Virus record (IMG/VR): IMGVR_UViG_3300023202_000247 | Span: 1 to 64,000 of that record | Length of the DNA: 64,000 bases | Direction: 5' to 3' (one strand) | In this document: positions 51,447-59,790 of the stretch, piece after piece | How the letters are laid out: the number at the start of each line of letters is the position of its first letter | How positions within the stretch are numbered: the first letter of the stretch is position 1 | Position numbers and translations under genes: made by a program | Notes under the pieces: generated by a model | Seen by the model: the letters and a program-made list of their open reading frames with translations, nothing else | What the model was told of the DNA's origin: nothing | Database searches by the model: none

Positions 51447-53645
51447 ATGAGATTTCAAAAGCCTGAAAGTACTGTAATTAGCGCAAGTACTCCTGAAAAA
51501 GTTTCGGAGTTTGGAATTCGTAAGAAGGATATGGTATTCGTCTTGTCGATTTTGCGCGACAAGATGTACTCCGATCCTATGGGAGCGATCTGTCGAGAGA
51601 TTGCATGCAATGCTCGTGACGCTCATCGCGAAGCTGGCATTCCCGATACTCCAATCGAGATTTATCTGCCGAGCGCAACCAGTCCACACATCGAGTTTGT
51701 CGACTTTGGGCCTGGAATCAATCCCACGCGCATGGAAGATATTTTCATCAACTATGGTGCAAGTACCAAGCGTAAGAGCAACCAACAGACTGGTGGCTTT
51801 GGCCTGGGCGCAAAGACTCCGTTTGCGTACACGGATACGTTTAGCGTTGTTACGGTTTGGAACGGTAAGAAGCGCGAGTATACGGCATTCATTGATGATA
51901 GCCGCCACGGTTTGCTACATCTCGTTCGTACGTCTGATACGGATGAACCCACTGGTACTCGTATTATCGTTCCAGTTACTCCGTACGACAACGATCGTTT
52001 CATTACAAAGGCAGTGAAAGCAACCAAATACTGGAGTGTAAAGCCAAAATTCCACGGGCTTTCCAAGCACGTTGTCAGCGATGAGCCGTTGGCGGTACTG
52101 CTAGAGGACGAAGACTATATTATCTTCGACAACAACAAGACCTTATCATCGGATAAGTTTGCACTCGTAGATGAAATTCCATATGATTTCAAGATTCACG
52201 ATGTAATCGAAGATAGTGAGGAGCTTCAACACCTCAAATTCAAGCACATGTGTCTCAAGTTTAACACCGGTGAAGTCATCATGACTCCCAACCGTGAGAG
52301 CTTGCAGCTCGATGATTATACGAAAAAGAGCCTTCTCAAAAAACTGGTTGCTGTTAACGAAAAGCTTGTCAAGCAAGCTTTTGAAAAAGTTGATCGGCAA
52401 CAGTATCTCGATGATGCTGAATATGCTTTGATGGGTGCTGGGACCATCATTGGTACAAAGAATATTCCAGATGAATATTTCTGGAATGATGTCAAGCTTC
52501 GCTGTTCGACCATGCGTAAGGCTGGCAAGCTTGATGAGATGCAAATCATCAAGTATTTTTGGAAAACTCGTCGCAGTGGCCAATACATCGAGTCTGATAC
52601 AGTTAGCCATCTAGAATTGGATTGTAAGATTATCGTCGATCACAATTGGGAGATTGATGATGATGGCAAGCGCAAGTTCTTGCATGGACGCAATACGATT
52701 ACTCGATACGTCCGTCATTACATGCAAAAGGTTGCGGGCGGTGCATCTTTTGATGATGTTTATTATGTCGTCCGATTCCACAACGATGCGACTGAGCAAA
52801 AGTGGCTTGACCAAATCAAGTATCTAAACCCAGCAAACGTTATTGACTTTGCAAATTTGCCCAAGCCTCCGCGCAAGCGTGGTGGTAGTCGCCGCCACGT
52901 TGAACGTGGTAGTATCGATGCGTATTGTCTCAATAGGTACTATCTTGGTAATTATGACCATGATAGGTACTTGAAGCCGGAAATCATCGAAAAAGATGGA
53001 GAAGGTGTTTACATCATTTCATTTAGCAAGTCGAAGCGTCATTTTGGCGCAGGTGATTTGAAGATTGATTCCATCTTTAGCCTGCCACTAGCACTGAAGT
53101 CTTTCTATGAAAGTGTGACTGGTGAATCTCTAAAGATTCACGTTGTGTCCAAGCGCTTCGAGAAGACTCTCGGTGACGACTGGGTTCGCCTCGACGATTT
53201 CATCAAGGAAAACGTCGAGGACTTGTTTGACAAGGTCGATGTGCGCATGGCAAACACGCATGCTAAAGTCAAACGCTTTCAACGAACTCTCGAGGACAGG
53301 GACCTCGAAGTCGCTATGGAGCTTGATAAAGAGTTTGCTGCATTCTTGGAAAAAATCAAGGATATTAAAGCACCACCGTTTATCAAACTAATTGCAGAGT
53401 CTGTGGGTTTCGATCTGGAATCCTATGGTCGTGACGAGGAATTGTGCAAAGAGGCCGAGCGTTTCAAGCATTATTTCTTGTTAGATGGTTATTATGGAAA
53501 AAAGCGTCGAGACATTATCAATCTTATGATTGATTACAGACGCTTGAAAGATTTGGAAAAAGACGGTGGTCTCTCTGAGACCGAGGAAAACGAAAATGTT
53601 CAGCTTAACGCTGACGAGTTGCAACAATTGAACGAAGCAGTCTAA
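51447..53645 (+). CDS. rIIA: RIIA-like protein (GHKL/HSP90-type ATPase N-terminus)
   Basis: REIACNARDAH, DFGPGI, TGGFGLGAK; adjacent to rIIB. Confidence 0.88.
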   Translation: MRFQKPESTVISASTPEKVSEFGIRKKDMVFVLSILRDKMYSDPMGAICREIACNARDAHREAGIPDTPIEIYLPSATSPHIEFVDFGPGINPTRMEDIFINYGASTKRKSNQQTGGFGLGAKTPFAYTDTFSVVTVWNGKKREYTAFIDDSRHGLLHLVRTSDTDEPTGTRIIVPVTPYDNDRFITKAVKATKYWSVKPKFHGLSKHVVSDEPLAVLLEDEDYIIFDNNKTLSSDKFALVDEIPYDFKIHDVIEDSEELQHLKFKHMCLKFNTGEVIMTPNRESLQLDDYTKKSLLKKLVAVNEKLVKQAFEKVDRQQYLDDAEYALMGAGTIIGTKNIPDEYFWNDVKLRCSTMRKAGKLDEMQIIKYFWKTRRSGQYIESDTVSHLELDCKIIVDHNWEIDDDGKRKFLHGRNTITRYVRHYMQKVAGGASFDDVYYVVRFHNDATEQKWLDQIKYLNPANVIDFANLPKPPRKRGGSRRHVERGSIDAYCLNRYYLGNYDHDRYLKPEIIEKDGEGVYIISFSKSKRHFGAGDLKIDSIFSLPLALKSFYESVTGESLKIHVVSKRFEKTLGDDWVRLDDFIKENVEDLFDKVDVRMANTHAKVKRFQRTLEDRDLEVAMELDKEFAAFLEKIKDIKAPPFIKLIAESVGFDLESYGRDEELCKEAERFKHYFLLDGYYGKKRRDIINLMIDYRRLKDLEKDGGLSETEENENVQLNADELQQLNEAV

Positions 53646-54553
53646 TGGGAAAAATTACAGCACATACTTTGACCAAGCAATCATTTACGGTTTCTTGGGT
53701 TGATGACGACGACAAGTCGCGCTTTCGCACCATCAATGCGGATGACCCCGTGTATGAGAAATGTAAGGAAGCACTAAAAGACGGTGACGAAGAGTTGATT
53801 CTCAAGCTTCTTTATGAAGTTGAGAATAAGGTTAAGGCATCGATTGATAAAACGTTGGCAGCTGGCGTAGAGCTGGTTGAGGGTCGCTACGTCACTATCG
53901 ATGGTGAGACTGTTGGCCAAGAGTTGAGCAAGCGTATCATGGATCTTGCCGAGGAAGGGCTTCCATTTGATGCGATGGTTGAGTTCTGGCGAAACCTTTC
54001 CGAGAACCCATCGTTCCGTGCGGTGACTGGGCTGTTCAGGTTCTTGGAGACCAATCACTTCCCCATTACACCCGATGGACATTTCATTGCGTGGAAGGGA
54101 ATCGGTAGTAACTTCAAGGATCTTCACTCTAACACTATGGATAATAGTGTCGGGGCGGTTGTAAAGATGCCGCGCAATCATGTGAACGAAGATCCGAACG
54201 TCGCATGTGCAACAGGCTTGCATGTTGCAAGTCACGAGTACGCCACTGAAAACTATGGTGGCGCTGTCGTTGTCGAGGTTAAGGTCAATCCCAAGAACGT
54301 CGTTGCAGTCCCGTACGACCATAATTCTGAGAAGCTTCGCGCTTGTGAGTATAAGGTTGTGCGTGTCGCTCGTGAACCCATCATGGATCAGGTCTTTGAC
54401 GATAACGCTCTCGATAATGAGACTCGCGTTGTTGACATTGACAATGATTATGATGATGACGATGACGAGGATTATAACCCCGGCGTTTCACACGTTAGTC
54501 CTTATAATGATTACGAGGATGATGAGGATGACGATGATGACGATGATTGGTGA
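53645..54553 (+). CDS. rIIB: RIIB-like protein with an acidic tail
   Basis: FLETNHFPITPDGHFIAWKGI, CATGLHVAS, VNPKNVVAVPYD. Confidence 0.88.
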   Translation: MGKITAHTLTKQSFTVSWVDDDDKSRFRTINADDPVYEKCKEALKDGDEELILKLLYEVENKVKASIDKTLAAGVELVEGRYVTIDGETVGQELSKRIMDLAEEGLPFDAMVEFWRNLSENPSFRAVTGLFRFLETNHFPITPDGHFIAWKGIGSNFKDLHSNTMDNSVGAVVKMPRNHVNEDPNVACATGLHVASHEYATENYGGAVVVEVKVNPKNVVAVPYDHNSEKLRACEYKVVRVAREPIMDQVFDDNALDNETRVVDIDNDYDDDDDEDYNPGVSHVSPYNDYEDDEDDDDDDDW

Positions 54554-54678
54554 GGTGTAGAGATTTGGGTTAATGCCCTGCTTGATGCAGATGATTCTCT
54601 TCAAACTCTTTATGATGTCTTGGCTCGTGTAGCCTGCTTGCGTAGTGGCGAAACATGGTGTTCAGATAAATAAATCTC

Positions 54679-55497
54679 ATGTCCCGCATCAATGAGTATG
54701 TAGGTCCGAAAGAGAGCGTCCGCAAGGACGCTCTTTTTCGTTATACCTCTGACAAATGGCTTGCCCAAGAAAAGCATGATGGTGTTTGGGCATTGATTTC
54801 AACCGATGAGTATGGCAAGATTGAATCCATCATATCTCGTACGGGTTTGCAGCATCCCGACGAGTACACACGTGGATTCATCGGTCTCGGTATCGGACTC
54901 ACATCTAGCAAGCTCGTTGCAGAGCTAGAGGCCGGAACGCAAGCTGCAACGAAACGTTTCAAGCGTAATGGTTATCGTAAGATTTGGTTCTTTGATGTCA
55001 TTCAGTTGCTCGGAAAAGATATTCATGAGCTAAGCCTGGAACAACGTCTTCACCTACTAAAGAGAGCATTACCATCTTCTCGAAACTTTTCCATCGTAAG
55101 AACTTCAAACTCTAACCTAGAGCAGTTCTATGACGAAGTTATGGCTGCCGGTGGTGAAGGAATCGTTCTCAAACAAAAAGATAGCAAGTACATTTCCGAA
55201 TATTCCAGTGGTAAAACCACCAAGTGGGTGCGCTGTAAACCTACGAATACACTGGACTTTTTCGTCATGGGTACTGGGTTGACGGAAAGTCGTGTACCGA
55301 ATTTGGAGCTTGGCCTTTACAAGAATGGTAAGCTGTGTTATGTTCAGTCGCTCACGGTCCCGAAGGGTTATCGAGCGAAGGAGCTGGTTGGCAAGGTAAT
55401 CGAGTGTGTCGGAGACGTGCAGATGGACTCGGGAGCGCTGAGACATGCACGTTTCAAAAGAGTGAGAAATGACAAAAATCCCGAAGCATGCACGTAG
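54679..55497 (+). CDS. lig: Minimal ATP-dependent DNA ligase
   Basis: Motif I QEKHDG, motif IV EGIVLK, motif V region KWVRCKP, C-terminal OB fold. Confidence 0.9.
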   Translation: MSRINEYVGPKESVRKDALFRYTSDKWLAQEKHDGVWALISTDEYGKIESIISRTGLQHPDEYTRGFIGLGIGLTSSKLVAELEAGTQAATKRFKRNGYRKIWFFDVIQLLGKDIHELSLEQRLHLLKRALPSSRNFSIVRTSNSNLEQFYDEVMAAGGEGIVLKQKDSKYISEYSSGKTTKWVRCKPTNTLDFFVMGTGLTESRVPNLELGLYKNGKLCYVQSLTVPKGYRAKELVGKVIECVGDVQMDSGALRHARFKRVRNDKNPEACT

Positions 55498-55741
55498 TTT
55501 GATTGTTACATATGAGTCGACACGTGCTCTTGGTCTTCCATGGAATCCATTGGCAGCCAGACGTGCACAAATGCAAGTCTGCGATGCTGTGGATAGTATG
55601 CGAAAGTATCAAAGCTTGCTCAATTCTAACGAAGAATTCGTAAAAGTTTGGGCAGTTCAAAAAGAACTTATTGATCGATACGTAGTTGAACTCCAACTAA
55701 TCAAAGATCCAAAGGTAGAGTTGAAAAATGAAAAGTACTAA
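55469..55741 (+). CDS. Hypothetical protein, 90 aa
   Basis: Overlaps lig and ku. Confidence 0.65.
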   Translation: MTKIPKHARSLIVTYESTRALGLPWNPLAARRAQMQVCDAVDSMRKYQSLLNSNEEFVKVWAVQKELIDRYVVELQLIKDPKVELKNEKY

Positions 55742-56597
55742 GAAGAGTGGTGCTCCGCGTGCAACTGGTAGTGCGGTCATTTCGTTCGGAATGGTTTCCA
55801 TTCCCGTCAAGCTGTATACTTCTACGAAAGATGAGAGTGTTCGTTTTAACATGATCAACCCTGCAACGCACAATCGTTGCAAGCAGAAGATTGTGGATGC
55901 GGTGACCGAGGAAGAGGTTAATCGCAACGAAACTCTCAAAGGTTTCGAGTATCAGAAAGATAACATCGTTACCTTCACCAAAGAAGAATTGGAAAAGCTC
56001 TCGGCATCTCAAGACAAGATGGTTGAGATTACCGAGTTCGTCAACAGCGATGACATCGATCCTGTTTACTTCTCCAAGAGTTACTATCTTGGTGCAGACA
56101 AGGGTGGAGATAAGCCTTACGCATTGCTGACCGAGGTAATGCGACGCACTGGTCGCGTAGCTATTGGTCGCTGGTATACTCGTGGCCAGGGACGATTGGT
56201 TCTGCTTGCACCATACGGTGAAGGATTGATTCTTCACCAGCTATGGTATGCTAATGAGGTTCGAGGCTGTGAGCACATTGCTCCAGAAGCTACGGTTTCT
56301 GAACAAGAAATTGCTCTTGCTGAGAAGCTTGTGGCCACGCTTGCCAGTGATGAGTTCGATGCAACCAAGTATCGTGACGAGTATGGTGACCGTGTGCGTG
56401 AGAGTGCGGAGTTGAAGGCTGCTGGTGGTGAGATTGCAACCCCGCAGGTCGAGAACAAAACCAATGTTACCGACCTGTTTGCTGCTCTCAACGCTAGTCT
56501 CGATAAGGTTGAGACCAAGGAAACGAAGGCAACTAAGAAAAAGGCTGCAAAGAAGACCGCACGTAAGCGCTCAACGAAAAAGAAGGCTTCGTCATAA
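55728..56597 (+). CDS. ku: Ku (NHEJ DNA end-binding) protein
   Basis: ISFGMVSIPVKLY, IDPVYFSKSYYL, DKPYALL, basic C-terminal tail. Confidence 0.95.
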   Translation: MKSTKKSGAPRATGSAVISFGMVSIPVKLYTSTKDESVRFNMINPATHNRCKQKIVDAVTEEEVNRNETLKGFEYQKDNIVTFTKEELEKLSASQDKMVEITEFVNSDDIDPVYFSKSYYLGADKGGDKPYALLTEVMRRTGRVAIGRWYTRGQGRLVLLAPYGEGLILHQLWYANEVRGCEHIAPEATVSEQEIALAEKLVATLASDEFDATKYRDEYGDRVRESAELKAAGGEIATPQVENKTNVTDLFAALNASLDKVETKETKATKKKAAKKTARKRSTKKKASS

Positions 56598-57071
56598 TAG
56601 GAGAAAAACGGTTTGAGGTATCGGCCGACATGCGCGACTGCACAGTATCATTGAATTTGAGGAAGAAAACAATGAAAAAGTTTTTCAAAATGGACGAACG
56701 TACACGTCTGGAGGATTGAAAAATGGAAGAGCAGAATCATATGACAAACGAAGAAAATCAACAATGGTGGGACAAATACGAATATATTCAAAAGCACCAT
56801 GCTTTGATGTGTCAAATTCCATTTGAAAAACGCAAGGTTGGCGACCTCACCGTTTTTCAGTTTAAGGAAATGATTGCTCCGGTTATTCGTCTACATGCAT
56901 TTGTTGCTTGTTTTGTGAGTACGTTTTTCATGGTACTACTTATTTTGTTCTGCTTGGCCTGAACGACGTTTGATTCCTCGGAAAGCCCGGAATCGCGATT
57001 ACGCCAATATACCGTACGCTCGCAAATATGGACTATGAAAAAGAATAGTTAGCAAAGAAAGCAATGGTTGG

Positions 57072-57482
57072 GTGAATCTAAACTTTAAATTCTCCGAAGA
57101 CATTGAAGAGGAGAATAGAGGTTTTATTTGTCATAAGCTCTCGGTCGTAGCAAACGACCGAGAGCTTGGCTATATCAAAGTAAGCTACATTCCAAGCTCA
57201 GTTTACAGAACGTGCTATGCATCTGCGCTCGATTATGCAGTTAAGCATGCTGGTTGGCATATGGATGATAGATTCTACGACCTTGCGACTGTTTCCTATT
57301 CGAGAGTATATGAAGAGTTTCAACGAAAAGGTATTGCTACAGCTATGTATCTTGAGATGGCCCGACAGCTCAAGAAAAGGTACTATATCAAGCTAAGAGC
57401 TAGTGCTCTTTGGGAATCCTTCAAAGAAAAGGGCTTGACAAAAACCTGGGAAGGATTTACAATACTGAATCCTTTAGAATAA
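57072..57482 (+). CDS. GNAT-like acetyltransferase
   Basis: VYEEFQRKGIATAMY acetyl-CoA motif A. Confidence 0.65.
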   Translation: MNLNFKFSEDIEEENRGFICHKLSVVANDRELGYIKVSYIPSSVYRTCYASALDYAVKHAGWHMDDRFYDLATVSYSRVYEEFQRKGIATAMYLEMARQLKKRYYIKLRASALWESFKEKGLTKTWEGFTILNPLE

Positions 57483-57492
57483 GGAGAGTCGA

Positions 57493-57792
57493 ATGCTTCC
57501 GGACGAACAAAGACTGCTAGATTTCTTCAACAACAAGTCAAAACCATTCGACCCAGCGTCTGATGGGCCGACCATTGGTCATCCAAATGGATACAATCCG
57601 AAAGATATTTGTCTAGCATCTGATCAATGGTTGGAGGAGTCTCACGATTAGTGGGCCTTTCCTTTGCCGGAAAGGTCGACGTTTAACCCGTCGGCTCCGG
57701 TTCTCACCGAGACTTGCGTTGCTTTGATCAACCGCAATTCGCTTTACAGCATGTTTGATCGGATGATGCAGTTTTACTTTCGGAACACTTAG
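57493..57792 (+). pseudogene. OGFr-N-like (opioid growth factor receptor conserved region) pseudogene
   Basis: DQWLEESHD*WAFPLPERSTFNPSAPVLT resembles WLE..HDYIQWLFPL.E.S.FNP.APVLT; in-frame TAG at 57649. Confidence 0.6.
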
Positions 57793-57882
57793 GTCACAGA
57801 CAAGTATCGTAGTTAGATGGAGCCTCAGTGGTAACGCAGAACGTGAGACGAGGCTGTCACTGCATTTGATCTACGAAGAATT

Positions 57883-57992
57883 TTTACAAAGGATGCTGTG
57901 CTCCTAAAAGTCACAGACGGCTTGACGCCGCCAGAATTCGTGATTAGCATGATGTTTCATCACAAAGGATGCTGTGCTCCTAAGTCACAGAC
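57883..57992 (+). CRISPR. Mini-array of two type B repeats (57883-57918, about 57958-57992) around a spacer of about 40 nt
   Basis: Direct inspection; the second repeat has a 2-nt deletion in the loop; a further 3'-end remnant GTCACAGAC lies at 57793-57801. Confidence 0.85.
57922..57950 (+). promoter_or_regulatory. sigma70-type promoter occupying the mini-array spacer
   Basis: TTGACG, exactly 17 bp, TAGCAT; predicted start site about 57957, at the 5' end of the second repeat. Confidence 0.65.
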
Positions 57993-58049
57993 GCTCATCG
58001 AAACAACGGACCCCTGTAACCTTCTCGAAAACAAGAAAGACCTGGAAAA

Positions 58050-58556
58050 ATGAGTAACCAAACCAAGCAAGCCTACACTTCGCATGACGCCGCCAAGATC
58101 CTGGGTGTGAGCAATAGCTCCGTGCTCAAGTGGATTGACGACGAAAAGCTCGCAGCCTACCGTACCCCTGGTGGTCACCGGCGCATCAAGCCCGAGGATC
58201 TTCGTGCGTTCGCTGCCGAGTATGAGATGCCGTTTGCTGCCGGCGACGCTGGCGAGGGCAAGGTATTCTTCCTGGGCAAGCGTCTGCCCAAGAGCCTGAA
58301 GGATTACGACACCCAGAAGTTCTCGCCGAGTGACATGGTCAAAACGATCGTGGCCATCGCTTCCGAGAAGCCTGCGGTTGTCGTGCAGGCCGAGGGTGAC
58401 AATGCCGAGAGCGTACTCGAGGCAATTCAGGAGAGCAGTGCGGGTTCCCGCTACGTTCTCGTGGCCGAGGAGAACGAGGAGAACGCGGCCCTGCTCAAGA
58501 GCGTGAAGAAGCTCGGCGGCGAGGTTGTGGCCTCTCTGAAGGATCTCGAGCTGTAA
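58050..58556 (+). CDS. Excisionase-type HTH (HTH_17/MerR-like) regulator with a degenerate receiver-like C-terminus
   Basis: YTSHDAAKILGVSNSSVLKWID...AYRTPGGHRRI. Confidence 0.85.
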   Translation: MSNQTKQAYTSHDAAKILGVSNSSVLKWIDDEKLAAYRTPGGHRRIKPEDLRAFAAEYEMPFAAGDAGEGKVFFLGKRLPKSLKDYDTQKFSPSDMVKTIVAIASEKPAVVVQAEGDNAESVLEAIQESSAGSRYVLVAEENEENAALLKSVKKLGGEVVASLKDLEL

Positions 58557-58582
58557 TAGCTAAACGATTCTCCTGACGATGA

Positions 58583-58611
58583 CATCCCGCATGCATAATG
58601 CATGCGGGATG
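58583..58611 (+). terminator. 14-bp perfect hairpin
   Basis: CATCCCGCATGCAT-A-ATGCATGCGGGATG. Confidence 0.7.
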
Positions 58612-59783
58612 CTCGCGTTTATACGTTGGTACATTTTATGTATCAACATATGAGCATGAGCGTGTTCACGTCCAAAAACCCAATTGAAAATATCGAAACA
58701 ATATTTTGTGAGAAAGGAGCGTATGAATACCCATTGACCAAAATCATTTTGGACAGGTACTCAAAAGCAAATGTTATCGACGTTGATTCTCACAATAACA
58801 TACCAGATGTTTATGACGACCCAGATAACGTCAAATATTGGAACAAGATAAAAGCTCATACACTAGTGCTTGGCATCAAGAAAAGTGTTAGTGCTAGGCC
58901 CAATTGCAGAAGTACTGATTGGATTGCGCCAAGCTTCTCAAATGGATGTGCGCTGGCCTGTTCGTATTGCTATGTTGTGCGACGAAAAGGATATGCAAAC
59001 CCAATTACATTGTTTGTAAACGTCGAACGCATCAAGAAATATTTGCGCGGCCATAGTAAGCGCCGAGGTCCAAAGGTTTTGACACCGGAAAATGCTCAAA
59101 CGGACACGATTTACTGGACATATGATATAGGCGAGAATTGTGATGTGAGCGTTGATGCTTTGCTAAGCGATACGCCTCGCGAGATTGTTCAGTTCTTTCG
59201 CGATGAGATGCCTCACGGCAAAGCCTCGTTTGCAACCAAGTATGTTAACCGTAGCATGCTTGATTATGATCCCGGAAGAAAAACGAGAATCAGATTTTCT
59301 ATGATGCCTCAAAAACCTTCCAAGGTTGTTGATGTACGCACGTCTTCGATTAAAGATCGTATTAATGCAATTAATGATTTTCACCGCGCCGGCTACGAAG
59401 TTCATTTAAACTTTTCTCCTGTCATCATCTACGACGGTTGGGAAAGGGATTACGTGGAGTTGTTTGAGCAAATCAATGACTGCACAAACAATGCTGTAAA
59501 GAAACAGCTCAAGTGTGAGGTCATTTTTCTTACCCATAATGAAAAGCTTCATGAGTTAAACATGAAGTGGCATCCCAAAGCTGAGCGTGAGTACCTGTAT
59601 AGGTATAAAAATGTTGATGGTAAGAATAAGTTTGGGCTCCCCGTGTTACAACAACGTAAGTTGAGCCAAAACGGTATGTGGAATTTGAGATATAAAAATA
59701 ATCACAAGAAAGCTGGTGTACAGACTTTTCGTGATTTGCTCGATTCTCATATGGGCTACTGTAACATACGTTACATTTTTTAG
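58602..59783 (+). CDS. splB: Spore photoproduct lyase-family radical SAM protein (start probably a downstream Met)
   Basis: NGCALACSYCY CxxxCxxC motif, YDIGENCD, FATKYVN, RIRFSMMP. Confidence 0.85.
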   Translation: MRDARVYTLVHFMYQHMSMSVFTSKNPIENIETIFCEKGAYEYPLTKIILDRYSKANVIDVDSHNNIPDVYDDPDNVKYWNKIKAHTLVLGIKKSVSARPNCRSTDWIAPSFSNGCALACSYCYVVRRKGYANPITLFVNVERIKKYLRGHSKRRGPKVLTPENAQTDTIYWTYDIGENCDVSVDALLSDTPREIVQFFRDEMPHGKASFATKYVNRSMLDYDPGRKTRIRFSMMPQKPSKVVDVRTSSIKDRINAINDFHRAGYEVHLNFSPVIIYDGWERDYVELFEQINDCTNNAVKKQLKCEVIFLTHNEKLHELNMKWHPKAEREYLYRYKNVDGKNKFGLPVLQQRKLSQNGMWNLRYKNNHKKAGVQTFRDLLDSHMGYCNIRYIF

Positions 59784-59790
59784 GAGAATA

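Noticed and set aside
57649-57651. In-frame TAG as a sign of stop-codon recoding
   Set aside because: Long genes (rIIA, cas12m, helicase) have no internal TAG and several genes end in TAG; a local deletion explains this case
57802-57812. 11-nt match after the repeat remnant to 46230-46240
   Set aside because: The repeat remnant is only 9 nt and the match length is near chance
58050-58230. Excisionase implying an integrated prophage boundary
   Set aside because: No integrase or att pair found; the fold is common in regulators
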